Part shown: one piece after another, positions 34,469 to 42,860 of the stretch
Numbering within the stretch: position 1 is the first letter of the stretch
How the letters are laid out: each line of letters begins with the position of its first letter
Assembly: GCA_038317375.1 (NCBI GenBank)
Contig: JBBQBM010000001.1
Span: 1,447 to 65,446 of the forward strand
Source: Candidatus Saccharimonadales bacterium
Lineage (GTDB): Bacteria; Patescibacteriota; Saccharimonadia; Saccharimonadales; JAGQMS01
DNA length: 64,000 nucleotides
Direction of reading: 5' to 3'
Notes under the pieces: generated by a model
Told to the model about the DNA's origin: nothing
Database searches by the model: none
Seen by the model: only the letters and a program-made list of their open reading frames with translations
Made by a program: the position numbers and the translations under genes

Positions 34469-35116
34469 TTAATTAATTAAATCTGCGATTCCTGGGACAC
34501 TAACAGCTCCTGCTTCAGAGAATTGTTCAGCAGTTGTTAGCCCGGTCTCGACACCTACGAAATTAAAGCCTGCTCCAGTGGCCGCTTTCATATCTAACAG
34601 ACCGTCACCGACATAAGTTACTTCTTCAGGACTAATATGCACACCATGCAACCAAGCTAAAGTTGGTTTAAAAACTCTTGGGTCTGGCTTATGATGTGGG
34701 GTATCGTCACAAGTTTGAACATAATCAATAAATACTCTAGGAAATGCGGTTCTTACTAAGTCGTGCGACAGGCTAGCTATTGTGGTTGCAGTGATAATGC
34801 CCATTAACTTCCCAGCTACTCTCAGGTGCCTAAGGGTAGGAACTGTACCCGGGAATATATCTTTTGGATATTCGTCGTGACAGGTCCAATTATTAACAAT
34901 AGCTTGTTCAGCGTCGTCGGTTTCGTATAGATTGCTTACTATCACCGGAAAAGGCTCGCCCCAATGTTTTGCAATTTTTTCATCAGTTAGGGTTATTCCA
35001 TAAAATTCTAAAGCGACACGCTTATGTTGAGCCCACTTGGCCTGTATGGTTGCAACAAGGGTGTCGTCGAAATCAAACAATACCGCCTTAGTATCTTCGC
35101 CAATGTATTCGCTCAT
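34469..35116 (-). CDS. HAD-superfamily hydrolase
   Basis: Motif I VLFDFDDTLV and motif IV-like YVGDGLLDM. Confidence 0.8.
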   Translation of the reverse strand: MSEYIGEDTKAVLFDFDDTLVATIQAKWAQHKRVALEFYGITLTDEKIAKHWGEPFPVIVSNLYETDDAEQAIVNNWTCHDEYPKDIFPGTVPTLRHLRVAGKLMGIITATTIASLSHDLVRTAFPRVFIDYVQTCDDTPHHKPDPRVFKPTLAWLHGVHISPEEVTYVGDGLLDMKAATGAGFNFVGVETGLTTAEQFSEAGAVSVPGIADLIN

Positions 35117-35191
35117 TCGGGCATTATCTTGATGTGGCCAACTTTATGCAAGCACTAGCGATTTAAAATAACATCTGTTTTGAGGTTACTT

Positions 35192-35944
35192 TTAGCCCCA
35201 ACGCCAACCCTTAGGAAACTTGTCTAGCTCTGCTAAACGCAATTCTCTAAGTTCTTTCTGTTTTTGACCAGATCCTTGATACCAATAGCCAATAATAAGT
35301 GCTTGGGTCTCCCACGCTGAGTAAGAAGCGTGTGGTGCTGGAAACGGATGATTCTTAAAAACAACAAGGTCGCCAGTTTCTTGCTGAATGTTTACAGTTG
35401 ATGGCATAAGGGGAAAATAATAGTGACCTAACTTCCTAGTAGCCCAAGTACGGCACGGCTCTATGTGGATAAAACTACCGTCGTTAATACACGAAATAGA
35501 ACCATCAGGACTCCCGGGCCATGGCTGTACGCTAAGGCGACGAGGCGCATCATTATAATCCAGGCGAAGACTCCCGGTTATCGGGCCATAAAGCCTATAA
35601 GTCTCATCGATTTCGTCATACACACCGTCTATATGAGCATCGACACACTCCGACTTCAAATCTGCGTGGGCTAGGCCAGATAACGCTACGAAACCTTCGG
35701 GGCAGTCATGCTTATTGTATTCATCAACAAGCTTATCTAGATATTTAAGCTCCGGAATGTGTTCATAAGTAGTAGTGATGTTGGCATCATCCACTTCCTC
35801 CTCCTGAGTACTTAGATTATCAAGAAGCTCGAGTGCTTCGTCTGGTGTCAAGAATCCTCGCAAGGCTACTGATGACACTTCGGGATCGCTATAGAGTAAA
35901 TCTCCTACGCATTCTTCTATCAGGTGCTTTCGACGTCGTTGCAT
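35192..35944 (-). CDS. hypothetical protein (possible HxD...H metal site)
   Basis: 250 aa. AHIDG and a later ..FPAPHAS..; no family recognised. Confidence 0.55.
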   Translation of the reverse strand: MQRRRKHLIEECVGDLLYSDPEVSSVALRGFLTPDEALELLDNLSTQEEEVDDANITTTYEHIPELKYLDKLVDEYNKHDCPEGFVALSGLAHADLKSECVDAHIDGVYDEIDETYRLYGPITGSLRLDYNDAPRRLSVQPWPGSPDGSISCINDGSFIHIEPCRTWATRKLGHYYFPLMPSTVNIQQETGDLVVFKNHPFPAPHASYSAWETQALIIGYWYQGSGQKQKELRELRLAELDKFPKGWRWG

Positions 35945-35989
35945 CGGGGCATTATTTTACACAAAAGGCACTATTGCAAGCATGAGCGG

Positions 35990-36017
35990 AATAATACTTA
36001 ACACGACAAGTATTATT
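35990..36017. repeat. palindromic repeat copy 3 (AATAATACTTAACACGACAAGTATTATT)
   Basis: Intergenic, between two minus-strand genes. Confidence 0.8.
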
Positions 36018-36031
36018 TAGCTGACCTTTGT

Positions 36032-36700
36032 CTACGGATTCTTTATTTCTTCGGTTATGGCTATGATGCGGTGGTCGTAGGTTTTGTCTTTTGCTAGATA
36101 ATTCCCGCCGCATGTAATGAGGTTCAGTTGGTTGTCTATGCTGGGATCTTGCGAGAACAAAACATTTAGCGCATCTTCGAGATTAACTGTTTGTACTTCT
36201 TTGACGCGGTAGCTGAGAGTTTTGCCACTACCTAGTTCTAGCGAGAATCTGTCGCCAGGAAGTAGAGCAGACAGCTTGGCGAATATCCCGTCATTGATGT
36301 GACCGTTGATATGCCCATCAATAATGCTGAGTCCCTTGTCGCCAGGGCGAGCAGACCCGACATACCATCCAGCCATATGGACATTATTAGGCACAGCGAT
36401 CTGGTTGTGCTGATCTAAACCAACTTTTTGCAAGTAGCCGTCTATGCCGATGCTTGGGGCGACAATGCGTTTCGGGTCGTTATTGTTGCCTTGCCAGACA
36501 AAACCAGACTTTTCCGGAGGAGTTTCGTCTGGAGTGTCGGTCGAGATGGTGATGACGCGGTCTGCCGCCGAGACCGGAGCATCAAGGACGTCTGTCGAAT
36601 TAAGACGCAAGGCTATTACGATACCAATGATAATAACGAGGCTGATTACGATATGTGCAGTCGGCTTTTTTAAGAATTTTTGCAACAATGCACGATTCAT
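36032..36700 (-). CDS. sortase family transpeptidase
   Basis: N-terminal TM anchor, catalytic His region (IDGHINGH), LITCGG cysteine motif and a C-terminal Arg. Confidence 0.85.
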   Translation of the reverse strand: MNRALLQKFLKKPTAHIVISLVIIIGIVIALRLNSTDVLDAPVSAADRVITISTDTPDETPPEKSGFVWQGNNNDPKRIVAPSIGIDGYLQKVGLDQHNQIAVPNNVHMAGWYVGSARPGDKGLSIIDGHINGHINDGIFAKLSALLPGDRFSLELGSGKTLSYRVKEVQTVNLEDALNVLFSQDPSIDNQLNLITCGGNYLAKDKTYDHRIIAITEEIKNP

Positions 36701-36710
36701 AAAGCCGCAG

Positions 36711-38387
36711 CTAGTTTAGCCGCTTGAAACCAGTGTTAGGAGCGCCGATTGTTGCCGATGCCACACCTGATGGGTCGACAATAATGCCGTTTGCAGTGCC
36801 GTCTTGGTCTAAGGCTCCACCGTCGGTTATGTTATATATAACTTTAATTGCGGTCTGCCCGCCGATTGTGACTTGTTCGATGGTTGCGCCCGTAATTGCT
36901 TGGTAGGTGTTGGCAACGCTATTGTATTTCCGAACTACCAATCCCGAAGGACTGACGCTCGTGAAGAAATATTGAGTAACTGTTGCGGTCTCGCCGCTTG
37001 TGAGACAGTGCAAGGTAAAATTCATTAGGCCTAATGGATAGGCGAAGGCACTGTCGGCTGTTGAATTGGCCGATTCTGCGCCAATGTTAACACCAGAGTT
37101 GCTATCGCAAGTGGAGGACAAAACTGCGTAACCGCCAGTGACACTATTTACAAGACCAGTTACGTTGGACTGTGCGTTATCCGGGGTGCCGTCGTTATTA
37201 GCATCGCCGCTGTTTGGAGCTGCTGCTTCAACGGAATTGGTGGCGCCGTCGCTATCACCGTCAGTTAGTGCTGCGCCAGCCACGAGGGTAGGGTAGGCGC
37301 CGCTATTGACCTGCCAAATAGTCGTGAAGTTCCAGGCGCTAAGCGGAACATTGGTGCTGTTGCCCTTGAAATAATTAGGCGTGGCGTTGCCAACATTAAC
37401 ACCAGTTGCGCTACCGCTGCCGCCAGGAGTTGCACCAATGCCAGTTGAGCAGTTGCAAAGAGTGGCGTCATAATATGCCCCAGAAATAGTCGCACCACCT
37501 TCGCGGCTACCCGCAACGCCGCCCTTGCTTGGAGCTGATGCTCCTGTTACAGAACCCGCAAAAAAGACATTAGAAGCTGTTGTAGGGTCGCCGACGCCGT
37601 CGATCGAACCGAAGAGTCCTCCGACATCAAAGATATTACCGCCAAAAGTTACAGTTGCATCGCTGTAGGCGTTACTAATCGAAGTACCCGTACCAATAAC
37701 GCCAGCTATACCCCCACGGGCACCGATTGTACCGCTGGAATAAACATTATTCACTGTCGTGTTAATAGTGAGGGCAAACAAACCGCCGGTATAGCGACTC
37801 CCAGTCGAGGCCATAGTGCCGTTATACCAGCAATTACTTAATGAGCCACCAGATAGCAGGCCGACGATGCCGCCTCCTGTATCAGTAGTAAAGGACGTCG
37901 TTGACGAGCAATTCGAAATGGTGCTGCCAGACGCACTTGCAACTAATGAGCCGTTATAAGTAGTAGAAGTCGTAGTGATCGAGCCGCCCCGCAAATGAAT
38001 ATTTGTAATAGTCGCACCGTTAACACTTCCGAACAACCCAGCCCCGGTGTTATCGGCTCGATTAATATACAAAGAATTTATTACAAAGTTTTGCCCGTCG
38101 TAGTTGCCGGTGAACGTTCCGATAGGGATGAAACCAAGACCACTGTTCCAACCACTTGTAGCGGAACAGTCTATATCGCCAGTCTGTTTGTAGTAAGCTG
38201 CAAGGCTGTCATTGATTTCCTGAAGTTGCGTACAGTTAGCGACTCGGTATGGGTTGCTCAATGTACCGGCACCGGTGCCAGAGTAAGCCGACGCCCTTGA
38301 GGCTAGACCGAACACTGTCACTAGGACAGCCGAAAGAATATACAGGCTGCATCTACTTTGTTTTATAACTTTGGATATTGAGAACAC
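36711..38387 (-). CDS. secreted GLUG-repeat surface protein with a C-terminal APNTG motif
   Basis: Signal peptide, repeated G..GG(L/I)(F/V/A)G GLUG-type motifs, DQDGTANGIIVDPSG. Ends ..IGAPNTGFKRLN, 10 nt upstream of the sortase start. Confidence 0.8.
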   Translation of the reverse strand: MFSISKVIKQSRCSLYILSAVLVTVFGLASRASAYSGTGAGTLSNPYRVANCTQLQEINDSLAAYYKQTGDIDCSATSGWNSGLGFIPIGTFTGNYDGQNFVINSLYINRADNTGAGLFGSVNGATITNIHLRGGSITTTSTTYNGSLVASASGSTISNCSSTTSFTTDTGGGIVGLLSGGSLSNCWYNGTMASTGSRYTGGLFALTINTTVNNVYSSGTIGARGGIAGVIGTGTSISNAYSDATVTFGGNIFDVGGLFGSIDGVGDPTTASNVFFAGSVTGASAPSKGGVAGSREGGATISGAYYDATLCNCSTGIGATPGGSGSATGVNVGNATPNYFKGNSTNVPLSAWNFTTIWQVNSGAYPTLVAGAALTDGDSDGATNSVEAAAPNSGDANNDGTPDNAQSNVTGLVNSVTGGYAVLSSTCDSNSGVNIGAESANSTADSAFAYPLGLMNFTLHCLTSGETATVTQYFFTSVSPSGLVVRKYNSVANTYQAITGATIEQVTIGGQTAIKVIYNITDGGALDQDGTANGIIVDPSGVASATIGAPNTGFKRLN

Positions 38388-38471
38388 TTGCTACCTCTAT
38401 TTATGCTTATGCATATAGTACCTTCGTGTCGAGGCGCATGCAATATGAATATTGAAGGTGCGGTATTAAAC

Positions 38472-38493
38472 AATACTTGACGTGTTAAGTATT
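38472..38493. repeat. palindromic repeat copy 4 (AATACTTGACGTGTTAAGTATT)
   Basis: Reverse complement of the copy-1 core; intergenic. Confidence 0.75.
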
Positions 38494-38545
38494 ACCCTTG
38501 ACCGTATCGGTTATAAAAATACCTCAGACATGCTGAGGTGTTTTT

Positions 38546-38596
38546 TGGTAGCGGCGACAAGAATTGAACTTGTGCCCTTAGGCTTATGAGTCCTGC
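38546..38596 (-). repeat. 51-nt copy of the 3' half of tRNA 39928-40004, inverted
   Basis: Reverse complement GCAGGACTCATAAGCCTAAGGGCACAAGTTCAATTCTTGTCGCCGCTACCA matches 39954-40004 at 49/51. A bidirectional hairpin at 38521-38546 flanks it. Confidence 0.85.
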
Positions 38597-38603
38597 TTTT
38601 TAT

Positions 38604-39548
38604 CTACTTGATATTTAAGCGGGTCTTGGTGCGTCCTTCGAGGACGCTGAATGTAGTGGCACGCACTAGCTTTTCGACATTCTCAATAGTGCAGATTCTC
38701 TGTAGACCTTTTTTGCCAATTATCTGACCGGTGATGCCGCCCATGGTCGCGTCTCCGAAGTAGAATTGTTCTTCTTGGATGTAATGATCTTTCAAAGTTT
38801 GCACGAATCGAGCCAGGTTTTCCTTACTGGTGAGCCTGCCGACAATACTCACAAATGAGGTAGTTATTTGTTCGCTAGTGTCGTTTGATGTTTTTAGCCT
38901 GCCCAGTGCGTATTGATACGAAATATAAGGCTTGCTGTCGCTCCAGTCATCTCCGAGGTCATAACTAACGTATTTTTCATTAAGCTGCGGCACGACACCG
39001 AGAACTATGTATGAATAAAGGACGGTCACTAGTGGCAATATCTCTTGGTTGTCGCGGCAGAAGTCATTATCGAGCCTATGCTCAAAGATCGATAGTTTAT
39101 TCGATCGCGGTGAATAATCGCCATACGATATAAACTTAGCCTTAAAAGAACCGCGTCCTTTTGCTGAATTTACAAAATCTGCTTGGCCGACCCACGCTTC
39201 TGAGTGAAACTTATTAAGTAGCTCGGTAAGCTGATCGTAGTCTGTTTTAGAGCTAACGATCGGTCTGCAATATTCGATTGCACATTCTTGTGCCGCGCGC
39301 ATACATTCTTCTTTCGAAATAGCTTCTTGTGAAAGTAGAAGATTGTCAAAGGATCTCTCTGCGAGGGGTGATATCAGTTCTGTCTCGAGCATTGCAGTGC
39401 CCGCCTCTGTATAGCCACGTAGCGTAAAATCCACAAACTGCAGAAGGCCAGAACTATTCATTTTTTCGTGGATACGTCGAACAATCACATGCTCATAAAT
39501 GTGTGCATGCAAAGTGTGCTCGAATGATTTGTATAGTTTTTTTCTCAT
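38604..39548 (-). CDS. hypothetical protein with an N-terminal HxxEH motif (M16-like?)
   Basis: Trimmed from ORF 38604..39791 to MRKKLYKSFEHTLHAHIYEHV. The longer N-terminus overlaps a hairpin and the small ORF in another frame. HIYEH plus acidic residues about 60-70 aa later. Confidence 0.6.
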   Translation of the reverse strand: MRKKLYKSFEHTLHAHIYEHVIVRRIHEKMNSSGLLQFVDFTLRGYTEAGTAMLETELISPLAERSFDNLLLSQEAISKEECMRAAQECAIEYCRPIVSSKTDYDQLTELLNKFHSEAWVGQADFVNSAKGRGSFKAKFISYGDYSPRSNKLSIFEHRLDNDFCRDNQEILPLVTVLYSYIVLGVVPQLNEKYVSYDLGDDWSDSKPYISYQYALGRLKTSNDTSEQITTSFVSIVGRLTSKENLARFVQTLKDHYIQEEQFYFGDATMGGITGQIIGKKGLQRICTIENVEKLVRATTFSVLEGRTKTRLNIK

Positions 39549-39564
39549 ACCTGTGATGGTAATC

Positions 39565-39597
39565 GTCCCCCTCTCGCACGATGTGCGAGAGGGGGAC
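39565..39597 (-). other. 15-bp GC-rich stem-loop between the small ORF and the downstream gene
   Basis: GTCCCCCTCTCGCAC-ATC-GTGCGAGAGGGGGAC on the minus strand, with no U tract after it; 17 nt before ATG 39548. Confidence 0.7.
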
Positions 39598-39612
39598 TTG
39601 TGGTAATGATGC

Positions 39613-39759
39613 CTACCGGCGCTTCGATTGGCCGCTCTGGCCACGGGATCCGCCGTTATGCACGTTAGATCCCTTCGTGAAGTTCTTCGAAGGCTTCGGC
39701 TTTGCTCGTGCAGCACTCTTGGCTTTGCTTTGAGCACTCTTACCGCTTGGCGTACCCAT
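39613..39759 (-). CDS. unannotated 48-aa highly basic peptide
   Basis: GAGGAGG 4 nt upstream of the ATG. MGTPSGKSAQSKAKSAARAKPKPSKNFTKGSNVHNGGSRGQSGQSKRR, TAG stop. Below the ORF-track cutoff. Confidence 0.5.
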   Translation of the reverse strand: MGTPSGKSAQSKAKSAARAKPKPSKNFTKGSNVHNGGSRGQSGQSKRR

Positions 39760-39927
39760 AAGTCCTCCTCAGGATCTCGGGAATGGTACATTCATACCAT
39801 AATATATTAGGATAGATATATCAAGATGCGCTCAAATAATTAATGCAAAATTTTTATCGGAAGATAATACAGACTTGAAAGCTAGAAAACAGATACGATA
39901 CGTGGTATATTCACATCTGTTAATCAC

Positions 39928-40004
39928 GGCGGCGTAGCTCAGTTGGTTAGAGCGCAGGACTCATAAGCCTGAGGTCACAAGTTCAATTCTTGTCGCCGCT
40001 ACCA
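39928..40004 (+). tRNA. tRNA with CAU anticodon (candidate tRNA-Ile2, the TilS substrate, or elongator Met)
   Basis: GGCGGCGTAGCTCAGTTGGTTAGAGC..CTCATAA..AGTTCAATTCT..CGCCGCTACCA. Lies 8 nt upstream of tilS. Confidence 0.85.
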
Positions 40005-40012
40005 AGTTATCA

Positions 40013-40936
40013 ATGAATATTTCTCCGGGTAAATATATAGTGGCAGTTAGCGGTGGAGTTGATTCCGTCGTTCTTTTGGATATGCTCGTCGCTCAGAGTA
40101 AGGAAACAGTTTTGCCGAACCTTGAGCTGATCGTTGCCCACTTCGACCACGGCATGCGTGAAGATTCTTCGGACGACGCCAAGTTTGTTAGTGACATAGC
40201 CAAGAAATATGGGCTTCAATATGAAACTGAAAGAGTTGAGCTTGGTACGGACGCCAGCGAGGCCGATGCCAGAACAGCCAGATACGACTTCTTAAAACGT
40301 ACTCAACAAAAGCATAGTGCAACAGCAATTATTACGGCGCATCATGAGGACGATGTTCTGGAAACAGCAGTTATTAATATGCTCCGCGGTACTGGCCACC
40401 GTGGGTTACATTCACTCAAGAGTCGGTCGGATATCTCACGCCCACTACTGCATCTAAAAAAGACCGATATTCATACTTACGCCAAAGAACATGAGCTTAA
40501 ATGGCGCGAGGATGGCACCAACCAAGACACTAAATTCTTGCGTAACAAAATTCGGCTCGACGTTATCCCAAAAGGCGGAGCGGAGTGGCGAACAAAGATG
40601 CTTGAGCATATCGACAAAGCCGGCCAGCTCGGCGAAAAGCTAGACAGAGAGATCGACACACTTCTGGGCCAAGCCTTGCGTAGCGGCCAAGCCAGAATTT
40701 CGCGAAGTTGGTTTGTGAAGTTGCCGCACGATCTAGCCGGTGAGGTGATTGTAGCTTTACTTCGTCGGCTTAAAGTCGTCGATATTGATAAGCATTTGGT
40801 CGAACGGTTAACCTTGCAAATAAAAACCGCTAAGCCCGGCAAAAAGCTGGATATCGATAAAGACCATTACGTTTTAATGACCAAACGTTCTGCCAGAATA
40901 ACTAACCGAGCGACACATAAGACTGTCCGTGTATAA
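40013..40936 (+). CDS. tilS: tRNA(Ile)-lysidine synthetase
   Basis: PP-loop VAVSGGVDSVVLL and HFDHGMRE..; 307 aa. Confidence 0.85.
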   Translation: MNISPGKYIVAVSGGVDSVVLLDMLVAQSKETVLPNLELIVAHFDHGMREDSSDDAKFVSDIAKKYGLQYETERVELGTDASEADARTARYDFLKRTQQKHSATAIITAHHEDDVLETAVINMLRGTGHRGLHSLKSRSDISRPLLHLKKTDIHTYAKEHELKWREDGTNQDTKFLRNKIRLDVIPKGGAEWRTKMLEHIDKAGQLGEKLDREIDTLLGQALRSGQARISRSWFVKLPHDLAGEVIVALLRRLKVVDIDKHLVERLTLQIKTAKPGKKLDIDKDHYVLMTKRSARITNRATHKTVRV

Positions 40937-40945
40937 TGTTTATCT

Positions 40946-42808
40946 ATGGATAAAGGAGTAATGAAAAACGGCGGTAGCCGCAAACGGCAAATGAAGAATG
41001 CCGGCTTTTTCTCGATACTTATTTTAATCGGCCTGATCGTCTATGCGGTTTATGCCAACCCCAAGACCTTAACTAGTGTTGCACTCAGCGATGTGGTGGC
41101 TCAGGCCAACTCCGGCAAAATAGAAAAACTAGAAATCACCGGTAGTACTGTCGAAGTCACCAAAAAAGGCGACAAAGAACCGACCGAAAAAGCCTTCAAA
41201 GAAGCTGGCTCGAGTATCTATGAGCAAGGCCTCAACAAAGACGCGCCTGTAACGGTCGACCCTAAAGCCGATTCAAGCGGCGGCGATATTTGGGCAGTAG
41301 TTCTTCAAACACTTATCCCGGTTCTAATATTCGGCTTCTTTCTTATGATGATTTTCCGAGCTAGCCAAGGGCAGGGCAACCAAGCCCTCAGTTTCGGCAA
41401 AAGTAAAGCACGACTTTATGGCAACGAAAAAACCAAGGTCACATTTTCTGAAGTGGCTGGTAACAACGAAGCCAAAGAAGATTTGAATGAAGTTGTTGAA
41501 TTTCTAAAGTTCCCTAAAAAATTCGAAGCCACCGGTGCTCGAATTCCTAAGGGAGTTCTACTCGTTGGTGCGCCTGGAACAGGAAAGACTCTTTTAGCCC
41601 GCGCTGTAGCCGGCGAAGCAGACGTGCCTTTCTTTAGTATCTCTGGTTCAGAGTTTGTCGAAATGTTCGTTGGTGTCGGTGCTAGCCGAGTCCGCGACCT
41701 ATTCGCAAAAGCCAAGAAGAATGCGCCGTGCATAATATTCGTCGACGAGATCGATGCTGTCGGCCGCCGCCGTGGCAGTGGTATGGGTGGAGGCCACGAC
41801 GAGCGCGAGCAAACCCTCAATCAGATCCTAGTCGAGATGGATGGTTTCGAACAGGGCGAGAACGTCATAGTTTTGGCCGCCACTAACCGCGCCGATGTGC
41901 TCGACCCGGCACTGCTTCGTCCGGGCCGTTTTGACCGCCGAGTTATTATCGACTTGCCCGACCGTAAAGATAGAAAAGCAATCTTAGATATTCATTTTGC
42001 CAAGAAGCCGACGAATAAGGACGTTAATATTGAAGATTTAGCTGCAAAAACTGCTGGCTCATCAGGCGCCGACCTTGCAAACATGGCCAACGAATCGGCC
42101 ATCATTGCTGCTCGGCATAACCGCAAAGAAATTATTAATTCTGACGTTACAGAAGCACTAGAAAAAGTTGCAATCGGCCCCGAACGCAAGACAAAAGTCA
42201 TGAGCGAAAAAGACAAAGAGATGACGGCTTACCACGAAGGTGGCCACGCTATTGTTGGTCATGTTTTACCGGACAGCGATATGGTCCACAAAGTCACCAT
42301 CATTCCACGTGGCGGTACGGGTGGAGTGACTTGGTTTATTCCACCTGAAGATAAGTCTTATCATTCGATCCTAGAATATAAAGATATCTTGGCGCGGATG
42401 CTCGGTGGACGAATTGCCGAAGAGGTGATTTATGGTTCAGAGCGCGTTACTACTGGTGCTGGTAGCGATCTTCAAAAAGCCGCTGAACTGGCCCGTGACA
42501 TGGTTGCCTCGCAGGGCATGGGCGGTAAGAAGCTGCGCAACCAAGTCTTCCATACCGACGACGGCCTTGTCTTCGACAAAATGATGCACGAACGCCAATA
42601 CTCTGACGAAACCGCCAAGCTAATTGACGACGAAATCGAAAGCCTAGTTACAGAAGCCGCAAACCGCGCCCGCGCCGTAATTAAAGCTAACCTCAAGCAC
42701 CTCGAAGCACTAAAAGATGCGTTGCTCAAAAAAGAAACTGTCGAAGCCGAAGAAGTCCTTGAGATTTTGAAAGGCAGTAAGTTGCCAAAAGAAGCTGCGT
42801 TGTATTAA
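40946..42808 (+). CDS. ftsH: ATP-dependent zinc metalloprotease FtsH
   Basis: Walker [12 protein letters not shown] region and the HEGGHA zinc motif. Confidence 0.95.
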   Translation: MDKGVMKNGGSRKRQMKNAGFFSILILIGLIVYAVYANPKTLTSVALSDVVAQANSGKIEKLEITGSTVEVTKKGDKEPTEKAFKEAGSSIYEQGLNKDAPVTVDPKADSSGGDIWAVVLQTLIPVLIFGFFLMMIFRASQGQGNQALSFGKSKARLYGNEKTKVTFSEVAGNNEAKEDLNEVVEFLKFPKKFEATGARIPKGVLLVGAPGTGKTLLARAVAGEADVPFFSISGSEFVEMFVGVGASRVRDLFAKAKKNAPCIIFVDEIDAVGRRRGSGMGGGHDEREQTLNQILVEMDGFEQGENVIVLAATNRADVLDPALLRPGRFDRRVIIDLPDRKDRKAILDIHFAKKPTNKDVNIEDLAAKTAGSSGADLANMANESAIIAARHNRKEIINSDVTEALEKVAIGPERKTKVMSEKDKEMTAYHEGGHAIVGHVLPDSDMVHKVTIIPRGGTGGVTWFIPPEDKSYHSILEYKDILARMLGGRIAEEVIYGSERVTTGAGSDLQKAAELARDMVASQGMGGKKLRNQVFHTDDGLVFDKMMHERQYSDETAKLIDDEIESLVTEAANRARAVIKANLKHLEALKDALLKKETVEAEEVLEILKGSKLPKEAALY

Positions 42809-42860
42809 CAACCAAAATTGTTTTTCTTTTTGCTTATGATTGCAGATATAATGTCGGTAA

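Noticed and set aside
38604-39791. The full 395-aa form of the ORF as given in the track.
   Set aside because: The first 81 codons are Arg/Ser/Pro-rich and have no RBS. They span a 15-bp GC hairpin and overlap, in another frame, a short ORF with a strong GAGGAGG site. The internal Met at 39548 is the more plausible start.
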